This document shows positions 1-10,600 of a stretch of 64,000 nucleotides of DNA, one piece after another (within the stretch, counting starts at the first letter, position 1; each line of letters opens with the position of its first letter). Below the pieces are notes generated by a model, which saw only the letters and a program-made list of their open reading frames with translations, did not search any database and had not been told where the DNA came from. Origin of the DNA: a virus (taxonomy: Duplodnaviria; Caudoviricetes); IMG/VR virus record IMGVR_UViG_3300013936_000011, positions 82,601 to 146,600 of that record; one strand, given 5' to 3'. The position numbers were made by a program, and so were the translations under genes.

Positions 1-636
1 AGATTTACAATACGTAGACTATTAAATACAGGCGATAACATAACTTATAGAATAACTAGTACTTACTACAGTTATGATCATATAAATAGTTTACTTGATT
101 CTATAGATGTAGACTATGAAGAATTCAAAACTGCAATAGATAGTTTTGGTACAAAACTTGATGAGCTTGAAGCTAGCTTTGGTAGTTCAATAATGAATAT
201 GCAAACTACTATAAATCAAATAGCTGGTAATCTATCACAAGATCAAGATACATACCTAACAGTAAACAGTGTAATAAAAGAATCACAAATCAATGCTGAA
301 TTCTCAGCTAGAGTCCCACAAACACTTAATTTTATTAATGCTTCAATAAAGAGTGATGGAACAACTAAGTCTTATACAGTAGGTAGCTTAAATAATGATA
401 CTTACAATATAAGAGAAAAGGACTATGTACAACTTATACATAGAATGAAAGAGGGTACAGAGTTCTTAAAAGATAGATTCTTAATTCGTGATGAAAACTA
501 TACTCTAGAAGATGTCGTTGTAAATAATAGCTATTCTGTTACACAGCTTACGATATCAGATAATTACATTGGTAATATAAGTGACGGAGATGAACTTATA
601 ATAACAGGAATAAGATTCGGAAGGGAAGGTAGATAG
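1..636 (+). CDS. 3' part of a putative virion structural protein (5'-truncated)
   Basis: Frame 1 is open from base 1 through the listed ATG at 193 to the stop at 636, so the gene starts upstream of the window; structural context. Confidence 0.75.
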   Translation, partial: RFTIRRLLNTGDNITYRITSTYYSYDHINSLLDSIDVDYEEFKTAIDSFGTKLDELEASFGSSIMNMQTTINQIAGNLSQDQDTYLTVNSVIKESQINAEFSARVPQTLNFINASIKSDGTTKSYTVGSLNNDTYNIREKDYVQLIHRMKEGTEFLKDRFLIRDENYTLEDVVVNNSYSVTQLTISDNYIGNISDGDELIITGIRFGREGR

Positions 637-638
637 TT

Positions 639-1067
639 ATGACAGTTAATATAACTTGGTTCATCAATGAAGATGATGCTTTTGAACCAATTAATACATA
701 TACTGCAGACGGAGCATATACTCCAGGTGATTACTTAGAAAAGGTTATTAGAATTTATAACAATTACAACGGTGCTACTGATATAGATTCTGCAGTTAAC
801 GCTAAATTAGTTGTAGCATTCAAATCATATGAAGACAATTTTTTATTAAATTTATTCCAAGTATCTATCGATGGTGTGAATTATTTTCCTCTTACAATCA
901 ATATAGATAGAGGCGAATATGAATTAGGTACTTTAACTGGCTACGCTAATAATGGAGGCAGTGATTCTTATAACTGCAAGACTATTTATATTAAGATCGG
1001 CCCTATTCCTGACAATATAAAAAGTAGTCTCAAATCGGTAATATTTTATTTAGAATATGACAAATAA
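639..1067 (+). CDS. Hypothetical, probably structural beta-sandwich protein
   Basis: 142-aa ORF with RBS (GGAAGG), tightly coupled to its neighbours. Confidence 0.7.
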   Translation: MTVNITWFINEDDAFEPINTYTADGAYTPGDYLEKVIRIYNNYNGATDIDSAVNAKLVVAFKSYEDNFLLNLFQVSIDGVNYFPLTINIDRGEYELGTLTGYANNGGSDSYNCKTIYIKIGPIPDNIKSSLKSVIFYLEYDK

Positions 1068-1084
1068 GAAAGGAGACATATTAC

Positions 1085-2479
1085 ATGCTAACAAAAACTC
1101 AAACCCTTGCCGCTATTCAAAAATCATTAATCAAATACAATGACTTAGTGGCTAATCAAATTGATTCCAAAATAAGCGCTCATAATACTTTAGCTTCTGC
1201 TACTGCAAACGGACATATGTCATCAGGTATGGTGACTAAGTTAAACAGTATAGCAGACGGAGCTGAAGTAAACCAAAACGCTATATCAAAAATTAAAATA
1301 GGCGATGATACTGTAACTGCTGCTGGTAAAGAATCTACTGCTACTTTTAAAGGTAGTAACGGTATATCTGTATCATTTGATAAAGATAATGCTATAGAAA
1401 TATCTGGAGCAGATGCTGTTGGTGCTGCTAATAAAGTTTCGTCAGATTTATCGTCTTACAAAACTACTGTTGCAAACACTTACATGCCTAAGTCAGGTGG
1501 CACTTTTACTGGTATTATCACATTATCTGGCGCTCCTACATCTAACTTACATGCTGCTACTAAAAAGTATGTAGACGATAAAGTTACTGGATTAAGTATA
1601 GGAGATTACATGCCTAAATCAGGTGGAACATTCACAGGAACTGTTACACTATCTGGAGCTCCTACTACAGATTTACAAGCAGCAACTAAGAAATATGTAG
1701 ACGATGCTGCTGCTGCAGCTGCTGCTAAAGTTGTTGATTCGGCTCCTGATACATTAAATACTTTAAACCTATTAGCTGAAGCTTTAGGCGATGACCCTAA
1801 ATTTGCTACTACAATAGCTACTCAAATAGGTACTAAAGTAGATAAAGTAGACGGTAAAGGATTATCAACTAATGACTATACTACAGATGAAAAGAATAAA
1901 TTAAAAGGTATAGCATCTGGTGCAGAAGTCAATCAAAATGCATTTGCTACTATAGCTGTTAAAGTAGGAACAACTACTACTAATGTAGAAGCTGACGCTA
2001 AACAAGATGTATTAACATTAACACAAGGAGATAACGTAACATTAACTCCTAATGCTACTAATGATACAATAACTATATCTGCAAAAGATACTACATATCC
2101 TGAAGCAACTACAAGCGCACACGGTTTAATGAGTACTGGTGATAAAGACAAATTAAATAAAATAGCTGCAGGTGCAGAAGTTAACCAAAACGCATTTTCA
2201 ACTGTTAAGGTAGGAAATACTAGCATAGCTTCTGGTGGTAAAACAGCTACATTAACATTGGCAGCTGGTTCTAATGTTACTTTGACTCCAGATGCAACTG
2301 GTAAAAAAGTAACAATAGCTGCTACAGACACTACTTATCCTGAAGCCTCACAATCAGCTCATGGTCTAATGAGTGCAAGTGATAAAACTAAATTAGACAG
2401 TATAGTAGCTGAAGCAGATGTTTCTGATGAAGAAATAACTTCTATGATAGCTAATGTTCAAACTGCTATAAATGCATAA
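1085..2479 (+). CDS. Fibre shaft protein with MLTKxQT N-terminus
   Basis: Fibre repeats YMPKSGGTFTG..LSGAPT..L.AATKKYVD x2, APDTLNTL..LAEALGDDPKF, KVDKVDGKGLSTNDYT, GAEVNQNAF x3, HGLMS..DK.KL; RBS AAGGAG. Confidence 0.85.
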   Translation: MLTKTQTLAAIQKSLIKYNDLVANQIDSKISAHNTLASATANGHMSSGMVTKLNSIADGAEVNQNAISKIKIGDDTVTAAGKESTATFKGSNGISVSFDKDNAIEISGADAVGAANKVSSDLSSYKTTVANTYMPKSGGTFTGIITLSGAPTSNLHAATKKYVDDKVTGLSIGDYMPKSGGTFTGTVTLSGAPTTDLQAATKKYVDDAAAAAAAKVVDSAPDTLNTLNLLAEALGDDPKFATTIATQIGTKVDKVDGKGLSTNDYTTDEKNKLKGIASGAEVNQNAFATIAVKVGTTTTNVEADAKQDVLTLTQGDNVTLTPNATNDTITISAKDTTYPEATTSAHGLMSTGDKDKLNKIAAGAEVNQNAFSTVKVGNTSIASGGKTATLTLAAGSNVTLTPDATGKKVTIAATDTTYPEASQSAHGLMSASDKTKLDSIVAEADVSDEEITSMIANVQTAINA

Positions 2480-2499
2480 TAGAAAATAGAATAAATAGA

Positions 2500-2541
2500 A
2501 TATAGGCACAAAAATTTTTATATTCTTGTGCCTATATTTTT
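2500..2541 (+). terminator. Intrinsic terminator
   Basis: ATATAGGCACAA / TTGTGCCTATAT stem followed by a T run. Confidence 0.75.
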
Positions 2542-2589
2542 AATAAAAATAATATATTAATTATTATAATGAAAGGAGATAACGATTGA

Positions 2590-4296
2590 ATGCTTACTAA
2601 AACTCAAACAATGAATGCTATTCAAAAATCGTTAATAGCATATAAAACGAATGTGTTAGATAATTTATATACTAATCAAAATGCATTCTCTAATGTAAAG
2701 GTTGGCAATACTACTATTGCTGCTGATTCAGCTACTGATACATTAACATTAACTGCTGGAAATAATATAACTTTGACTCCTAATGCAACTGATGATAGTG
2801 TTTCTATAGCTGCTAAGGATACTACTTATACAACTAGTTCTCCTATATCACTATCTGGAACTACTATCTCTCACGCTACATCTGGAGCATCAGCTGGTAG
2901 TTATGGAGATAGTACTAATCAAACTCCTGCTTATGGAGCAACATTTAAAGTGCCATATTTAACAATAAATAATACTGGACATGTAACAGGTATATCTGAA
3001 CATACAGTAAAAATACCTGCTTCAAATAATACAGATACTAAAATGAATGTAACTCTTAACACTACTACTAAGGCTTATCTTGTAGGTGTTTCTACAACTC
3101 CTACTACAACAGCTAAAGCTTTAACTGGTATAGCAGATACAGGCGTTTATCTTGATACTACTGCTGGTAGTTTAACAGCAACTACTTTCAATGGAGCTCT
3201 TAGCGGTAATGCTACTAGTGCAGATAAAGTTAATAATCAATTAAATATTGTATTAAAAGCAATACAAGGAGGAGCAAGAACATCATATGATGGATCTTCT
3301 GTTCAAACAGTTCTTATAAATCCATCAAGTATAGGCGCAGCATTTGAAAGTCATACACATAGCCAATATGTAAACCCAAATTCATATGGCTATATATTTA
3401 TAGGTGATGATGAAAACATTAGTGCTACTGGCACAGATGATGTAATAGCTTTTAAACCTGGAGATGGTATAAATATCAGTTTTGGGACTTCAGATGTTGC
3501 AACATCTTCAGTATTAATTGCTAATGCTGGTGTTAGAAGTATATCTTCAGGTAGTACTAATGGTACTATATCAGTTAATACAGGCGGTACAACAGCAGAT
3601 GTAGCAGTAAAAGGATTAGGAACTGCAGCATATACAGCATCAACAGCTTATGCATCTTCAAGCCATACACATAAATATGCAGGTTCATCATCAGCAGGTG
3701 GTACTGCAACAGAAGCTGCTAAGACAACTGGTACACTTACTATACAAGGTAATGGTATAAGTATTAATACATTTAATGGTTCTGCAAATAAAACAGTAAA
3801 TATTACACCAGCTAATATAGGTGCTGCTACTAGCAGTCATACCCATAGTGGATATGCATCTTCTACTCATGCTCATGGACTACTTAACAGTGATTTTACG
3901 AAAGAAGTAAATGGTTCTACTGGAGGATGGGAATTAATAAATAGCACTAATACTGGTTATTTATTAACATCACTAAGAGGTGGTAATTCTGTTCCAGATT
4001 GGTTTAACTCACCATATGGTTCAGGTATCATATTTGGTGGTTCTGATACAAAGGGTGTATTGTCAATGTCTTATACTTCACCTTCAATAACATTTGCAGG
4101 CGGTGCATCATCTCCTTCTTGGAATTTAAAAATAACTGGTTCAAACAATAAAACATATAATCTTAATGATTATGCAACAAACGATGTAATCTTAACTCTA
4201 CAAGGTTATGTAAGCACTTTACAAAGCGATGTAAGTACTTTAAAAACTCAAATGGGAGATGTAGAAAGTATATTACAAGAAATTAACGGAGAATAG
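2590..4296 (+). CDS. Fibre protein with MLTKxQT N-terminus
   Basis: Thr/Ser/Gly-rich; NQNAFS repeat shared with the upstream gene; several SHTH motifs; C-terminal coiled coil ending GDVESILQEINGE. Confidence 0.85.
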   Translation: MLTKTQTMNAIQKSLIAYKTNVLDNLYTNQNAFSNVKVGNTTIAADSATDTLTLTAGNNITLTPNATDDSVSIAAKDTTYTTSSPISLSGTTISHATSGASAGSYGDSTNQTPAYGATFKVPYLTINNTGHVTGISEHTVKIPASNNTDTKMNVTLNTTTKAYLVGVSTTPTTTAKALTGIADTGVYLDTTAGSLTATTFNGALSGNATSADKVNNQLNIVLKAIQGGARTSYDGSSVQTVLINPSSIGAAFESHTHSQYVNPNSYGYIFIGDDENISATGTDDVIAFKPGDGINISFGTSDVATSSVLIANAGVRSISSGSTNGTISVNTGGTTADVAVKGLGTAAYTASTAYASSSHTHKYAGSSSAGGTATEAAKTTGTLTIQGNGISINTFNGSANKTVNITPANIGAATSSHTHSGYASSTHAHGLLNSDFTKEVNGSTGGWELINSTNTGYLLTSLRGGNSVPDWFNSPYGSGIIFGGSDTKGVLSMSYTSPSITFAGGASSPSWNLKITGSNNKTYNLNDYATNDVILTLQGYVSTLQSDVSTLKTQMGDVESILQEINGE

Positions 4297-4310
4297 GAAA
4301 GGGTGATAAA

Positions 4311-5456
4311 ATGGCAATATCAGATGAATTAGATTTAACGTTACAAACAAAAGAAGGTCTTAAAGGAGTTATAGAAGATAACGGTCAGACTGCTCCTACC
4401 AAGTTCTCGCAATATCCTGCAGTACTTGATAATATAATAGATAATATGAGAAGCCAATTAAAAATAGCGGATTTTATAATTATCAATGATGATACAACTC
4501 TAGCATCATTAAATAGTTTCTTTGAATTTTTACCTTCTGTTCCAGCAGGTTCTACAACTACTACACAAGCTACGGCTGAAGTAACAACATCAAACTTAAA
4601 CGTAAGAGCTTCTGGTTCTTCTAGTGGTAGTTATGTAGGACTATTGGTTAAAGGAGATGTTGTTAATGTATATGGCACAGCATCTTCAGGATGGTATAAA
4701 ATAAATCAATGGCGTAGTAGCTCTACTGGTGCATTAACAAATCATGGAAGTAGTTATGCTTATATATCTAACAGTTCATCTTATGTAACATATTATCCTT
4801 CTACTACAATATCTAATAAGAAACAAATAGATATAAGTAGTACAGATGGTACTTCTGTACAACAAAAATGTAATTACGTATTAGCTGAAACTAAAGGCTG
4901 GGAAGTATTATTTGACGAAACTTATAAACCAGGAACAGGTTCTTCTGGAGCTTCAACTACAACAGAAAGAACTACTGATTATTCATTTAATAACTGCTAT
5001 ACAGATAACTATTCTTCAAGCAGTTATGGTAGTAAAGTTGCTACAAATACTTCAACAGTAAGACAAGGTTATTATTCTGGATACTATTATTATAAAGGTA
5101 ATTTCAGATTTACAAGTTCTAGACTTTCTGAAATTAAGAGTGTCTTAAATAATTCAACTGTAAAATCTGTTCAAATATATGTACAAAGAGCAAATACTAC
5201 ACATGGTACGTCTGGCTCAGCTACATTAAAACTATATGCATGTAACAGTTCAGGTTCATATTCTGATGTTTTAGTAGATGGCTCAAGTACATTAGCTAGA
5301 GGCGGAGGCAAATGGATAACATTAAGTAGTGATGTAGTTAATGGATTCAAGACTGGTAAATATGATCACTTCAAAGCATATTATCCTTCTACTAGTTTAT
5401 CATATTATATAGTATTTGCATTAAATGCTAAATTGAGAATAACTTATACAGCATAA
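4311..5456 (+). CDS. Putative fibre tip/receptor-binding protein with SH3b domain
   Basis: TSNLNVRASGS...LVKGDVVNVYG...GWYKI matches the SH3b signature; C-terminal Tyr/Ser-rich beta domain ending LRITY. Confidence 0.7.
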   Translation: MAISDELDLTLQTKEGLKGVIEDNGQTAPTKFSQYPAVLDNIIDNMRSQLKIADFIIINDDTTLASLNSFFEFLPSVPAGSTTTTQATAEVTTSNLNVRASGSSSGSYVGLLVKGDVVNVYGTASSGWYKINQWRSSSTGALTNHGSSYAYISNSSSYVTYYPSTTISNKKQIDISSTDGTSVQQKCNYVLAETKGWEVLFDETYKPGTGSSGASTTTERTTDYSFNNCYTDNYSSSSYGSKVATNTSTVRQGYYSGYYYYKGNFRFTSSRLSEIKSVLNNSTVKSVQIYVQRANTTHGTSGSATLKLYACNSSGSYSDVLVDGSSTLARGGGKWITLSSDVVNGFKTGKYDHFKAYYPSTSLSYYIVFALNAKLRITYTA

Positions 5457-5473
5457 TTTTATAAGTATCATAT

Positions 5474-5503
5474 AAAAGGGTCGATCAACAATCGGCCTTT
5501 TTT
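5474..5503 (+). terminator. Intrinsic terminator
   Basis: AAAAGGGTCGAT-caaca-ATCGGCCTTTTTT hairpin with G:U pairs and a T tract. Confidence 0.8.
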
Positions 5504-5506
5504 ATT

Positions 5507-5513
5507 GGTAATA
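5507..5513 (+). promoter_or_regulatory. Putative late promoter motif GGTAATA
   Basis: One of six intergenic RGTAATA copies upstream of structural/lysis operons. Confidence 0.6.
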
Positions 5514-5543
5514 ATATTATAGTTAATGAAAGGGTGTGTTATT

Positions 5544-6077
5544 ATGGCCGATATTAATCAAAAAGATTGGGATAAAATAAAGGACGTTATAGTATCACCT
5601 TATTATAATGACGGATATGGTCGTTATGATTTAAGCCTTGAAGAAGTAGCTCGTGGCCTACAAGCTATGGGTTATGATCTAAATGGAGGCGGTGGTAGTA
5701 CTAATCCAGATGAATCTCAAGCAGATACATCTAATTATAAATTAGAATTATTAAGCACTAATGGAACACAGATTACAGACGAAGGCTTTTACACTACATT
5801 ATATGTTAAGTTATATAAAGACAATAAAGATGTTACAGATATAACGAGTGAATCTAATTTTAAATGGACCAGATTTTCTGGTAATTCTGAAACTGATAAA
5901 TTAAAAGATGCTGCATGGAATTTACGTTATGCAGCAGGTGCAAAAGAAATATTAGTTACCAGAGAAGACGTAAACAGAAGAGCATTATTCCAATGTCAAT
6001 ATGTTCAATACGAAGATGAAGTAACATGGGTAAAAAATGCATACTCTACTTACGTTGATTCAATAACAAAAAATTAA
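5544..6077 (+). CDS. Tail/baseplate minor protein
   Basis: Start moved to ATG 5544 after the AAAGGGTG RBS; contains a LSTNG...TTL...Y...DVT...FKWTR.S...D..WN domain, also seen at the N-terminus of 7675 and in 6092. Confidence 0.7.
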   Translation: MADINQKDWDKIKDVIVSPYYNDGYGRYDLSLEEVARGLQAMGYDLNGGGGSTNPDESQADTSNYKLELLSTNGTQITDEGFYTTLYVKLYKDNKDVTDITSESNFKWTRFSGNSETDKLKDAAWNLRYAAGAKEILVTREDVNRRALFQCQYVQYEDEVTWVKNAYSTYVDSITKN

Positions 6078-6091
6078 AAGAGGTGATATAA

Positions 6092-7657
6092 ATGGCAAAC
6101 AACAATTATGCAGCTAAAGCTACTGCACAGATTACTATCGTCGATACTACAGATGCGTCTTATCTATCAGGTGGGTTATCAATAGTTAGCGGTAGTAGAA
6201 ATCAAATATATGTTCCTACAGCTACAGGAGATAGTGCATATTCTCCTAACTGGAAATTTAATAATCTTGTTATTAGACCATTTTTAACTGCTTCTAACAT
6301 AAAGAAAGCTGATGGAACAACATATTATAATCCTGATTTATTTTCGCCTGAAGAATATCCTTCATTTACTACTGGTACTTTTACGAATATTATAAGTGAT
6401 ATACATTGGTATCGTAGAGATAATGCAGGAGTAGAAACTGAAATAGTTTCTGGAACAGAAGGTTATAGCTTTAATTGGGATTACAGTATAAATAACGAAA
6501 CTGTTACTATAAATGACAAGAGACAATTAGTTATTAATGAAAATGTATTGTCTCCTAATACTAGTATGGACATTATATGTAAATTCTCTTATAACGATCC
6601 ATATGCTAATATGTCAATTGGACAACAATTTAGTATTAATATTTCAAACATAGCAGCAGGGACTGGTACTTCTAAAGTTCATATAGAAGCTGTTAATGGA
6701 AATACGATATATAACGATAGCCCTGAGTATATACAATTAGAGGCTAGCTTCTATTATAATGGAGATGCTATAGAGTTAGCATCAGAAATAGCAAATGCAG
6801 AAAGTACTACATCTGTTTTATGGTATATAAGAGATATAAAGACAAATACATGTTGGAGATTACTTGATGCAACTCAACAAGATTATATTAACGAAAATTC
6901 TGAAACAGGAAATAAATTATACGAAGTTTGCGAATATGAACAAGTAACAGGTTCAGATAGCACTATCACTACTGAATTATCTCCTGTTAAGAATTCTAAA
7001 GGCGGAACAGTACTTAAAGTGTATCCAGATTTAATAGCTGGTTCTGATGTTATTAAATGCGTAGTTACTTATAACAACGTACAATATAGTGAATTACAAG
7101 TTGTATATGACAATTCAGATCCTATAAGAATGTATATTCAATCAAGTACTGGAGATAAATTAAGTCGTGGTCAAGATAATGATAATACAATACTTAAACC
7201 TGTAATTATATATAAAGGTCAATTATTAGATGATACTAATACAGAAGACCTACAATTACTTAATAGCTTGTTTTCATATTTCTGGTATAAAGATGCTATC
7301 GATGGTTCTGTTACATGGAATGTATGGAATGAATATGACGGAGGTATAGCTACATTAAAAAGTCAAGTAGTGACTAACTCAAATGAAGGATTGACACTTA
7401 TGGAAGGAACTAGAGAATTATATGTTACTGCAGATGATATAGATAAGCAAAATAAATTCACGCTAGACTTGGTTGATAAAGTACAAGTAGCTGCTTCAAA
7501 TAGTAGAACTTATCTTATGACGAATCAATTAACTGAAGATCAAGTAATGACAGCTAGTTTAATAAATGAAAATGCAGGAATAAACGCTAACGATATGGAT
7601 GCTACATTAGCAACTGCATATGAAATACAAGCTTATACTCAAGAAGAAAACAAATAA
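6092..7657 (+). CDS. Tail/baseplate structural protein
   Basis: N-terminal A..QITIVDTTD...YSPNW..NNLVIRP motif typical of Firmicutes phage tail-associated proteins; Ig-like repeats. Confidence 0.7.
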   Translation: MANNNYAAKATAQITIVDTTDASYLSGGLSIVSGSRNQIYVPTATGDSAYSPNWKFNNLVIRPFLTASNIKKADGTTYYNPDLFSPEEYPSFTTGTFTNIISDIHWYRRDNAGVETEIVSGTEGYSFNWDYSINNETVTINDKRQLVINENVLSPNTSMDIICKFSYNDPYANMSIGQQFSINISNIAAGTGTSKVHIEAVNGNTIYNDSPEYIQLEASFYYNGDAIELASEIANAESTTSVLWYIRDIKTNTCWRLLDATQQDYINENSETGNKLYEVCEYEQVTGSDSTITTELSPVKNSKGGTVLKVYPDLIAGSDVIKCVVTYNNVQYSELQVVYDNSDPIRMYIQSSTGDKLSRGQDNDNTILKPVIIYKGQLLDDTNTEDLQLLNSLFSYFWYKDAIDGSVTWNVWNEYDGGIATLKSQVVTNSNEGLTLMEGTRELYVTADDIDKQNKFTLDLVDKVQVAASNSRTYLMTNQLTEDQVMTASLINENAGINANDMDATLATAYEIQAYTQEENK

Positions 7658-7674
7658 TATAGCGAGGTGATAAT

Positions 7675-10600
7675 ATGATATCTTATAAAGCACTTACACG
7701 TGCCAGCATCACCTTACAACTTATCGATGATATAGGACTATATGATTCAGAGATATTCTCTAGTAATGGTTTATTATTACAACCTTATGATCGAAGTACA
7801 ACTTTAACTGGAATTATATATAAGAATAATAGAGATATCACTTCTGAGATAAAAGATATTAGATGGACTATGTGGTCTCCCGACGCATCTAATTATGCTA
7901 CAGATGAAGAATGGAACGAAAACCATAAAGGCTCAAATGTAATAGAAGTAACTTCTGATGAAATTGATAGTAAATGCGTTATTCAATTCGAAGCTTATAA
8001 AAAGAATAAGATGAATGAAGATGAACTTATTGCATGTAGCCATATAACATTAGTAGATATTAATGACTTAATAGCCGTAACCGAAAAACCTGATAATCCT
8101 TATGATGGACAATTATGGGTTGATACTTCAACAGATCCTGCTACTATATGGGTTTATAAAAATGGTAAATGGAATAGAGTTGGAACAGTAGACGCAATAG
8201 TTAAGAACTTAATTAGAAACTCTGCTTTTACTACATTTACTAATAAATATTATGATGTAGTCGGTAGCACTGTTTTATCTTATACTCCTTCTGTATTTCA
8301 ACGAGGAAGTTATAACTGGTTAAAGTTACAATCAGATGTAGCTATTGATGCAGAGCGTGGTGTATCATATACAGTATTTGATGAAGATATCAAAACTAAT
8401 TCTGATTATAGTTTTCAGATGTTAGCATATGCTACGTCAGCAACATCTGCTGTAGACAATAGAATAAATGTAAGAATATGTTCTATCGATGAAAGTAATA
8501 CAGAGACTGCTTTATATGAATATAAAGATTTAGAAATAACAACTGATGTATGTAAGTTCTTTACATCTTTTAAAACTCTACCAAATACAAAGACTATTAA
8601 GATATATATAACTGGTCGTAATGGTTCAGTGTACGATTTTAATATTTCACATTTAGCTTTATATAATACTGCTAATGATTATCCATGGCAACCACATCCA
8701 GATGATGCTTCACTTATATTGGATCAAGAAACTGTATTTAATGCATTAACTAATAACGGCACAGTTAAAGGCTTATATTCTATTCGTGACCCTAAAACTG
8801 GACAATTACAAATATACTTTAATGCTAATTATATACAATCAGGTACAATAAAAGGTGATCGTATAGATGCTCGTAACTTAACTGTTATTCGCGATGACGG
8901 CATTAAGACTCTTGAAATAACAGACAAGGGAGAAGTTAATCTTATCGTTAATTCATTTAAGCTTTCTTCTACTGGACAAACAATAGAAGATTTTATACTT
9001 GATTCTATTGATTTAAATGATAGTGGACAACTTAAATATCTGTTAAAGCAAATACAAAAAGAGAGCTCTGAAGCTGATGCTATATATACTGAGTTATATA
9101 ATACAGATGAATTAAAAGATGCTACATATAGCAAAGAGACTGCTACAGATTTAGATTTATCTATGTATACTAATGAAGCTAGTAGCGGACAACAAAGAGC
9201 TCGTAGACGTTCTATTATTACTCCAGGTTCAGATACAGGTGAAGAAAAGCTGCCTTCATTTGTATTAGGACAGTCTAAACTTGGATATGCAGTTCTTGGA
9301 GAAACAGGTTCTGGCAATTTAAAAACTATATTATATAATGTTAAACGTTCATATAATGGCGATACAGATAGATTAATTGCTAAGATAGAAGAGAGAATAG
9401 CAGAGATTGAAAAAGGTGGTAAAGCTAAAACTCAGGCTATTGCTATTTATTCTAACGATGAAATAATAGAAGAATCTACACTAGAAGATTTATACACAGT
9501 CTATATTGATAAATATTCATTATTAAAAAGAGTATTTGTAATATGTCAAGACGCTGTAGGCATAGTTAGATTAACAGTGGTAACTGATAGATGGTCTAAA
9601 CTTGAAGTTGAAACTAACCAAATATTATCTGAAGTTGGAGAAGTTAAAAAGTATTATGCTGGACCAGAGGGCGAAGAACCTACTTTATTAGAAGCGATAG
9701 GCTCAATAGCATCTGAAAAGATAACTCCTGAAGCTATAGTAAATATAGTACAAAACGGAGTAGTTGATGTTGATAAGGATCCACAGAAAGTATCTGAAAT
9801 AATATCTCAAACTGTAATTAATCAAACTGCTAGTGATATAGACATGTCTGCAGAGAATCTAAAGCAAGGATTAAAATCTTCATTTGACTTAAGTATTAAC
9901 GGTATTAAATTAGGCACTAAGGATGCTGATGGAAATACTACGTTAATAGATATGCATGGTGATACTGTACAAATAGCAGCACCTCAAATAGATTTAAGCG
10001 GTTATGTAACATTTAGTAAATTCGGTGATGAGTTTAATAAGAATTTTACTACTAGTTTTGATAAAAGTTTCAATGATAGTTTTGGTAAGAAATTTGATGA
10101 TAGCTTTACAATTAATTTAAATAAAGCATTCAAAGGAGAGTTACCAGATATAACTACTATAAACGGTGGTTTAATTACTACTAATACTATTTTAGGTAAC
10201 GCATTAGTTACTAATACAATAACTACTGATAAATTAGCAGCTGATGTATTGACTGCTAATAATATTAAAACAGGTAATCTACAAGGAACTAATAGTAAAA
10301 GCTATTTCGATCTTGATAATGGTACGTTTAGATTGGCTAATGCTGATAAAACATTCCTTACTTTTGATGGAAGTAAATTAAGCTTTGGAGATGTTGCAGC
10401 TAGTGACTTAGGTATATTAGTAGATGATGTTACAGGAGTTTTACCTTCTTGGGTTAAAGACTGGAATGGTAGAACTGTTGAAATAGATAATGAAAATATA
10501 GTAGGGGTTCGTGCTTTTCTTGGACATAAAGAAGGAACTGAACTAACTGGTATAGGACTAGGTGTTGATTTAGGAACTAATACTGGCGAAGAAGAATTTA

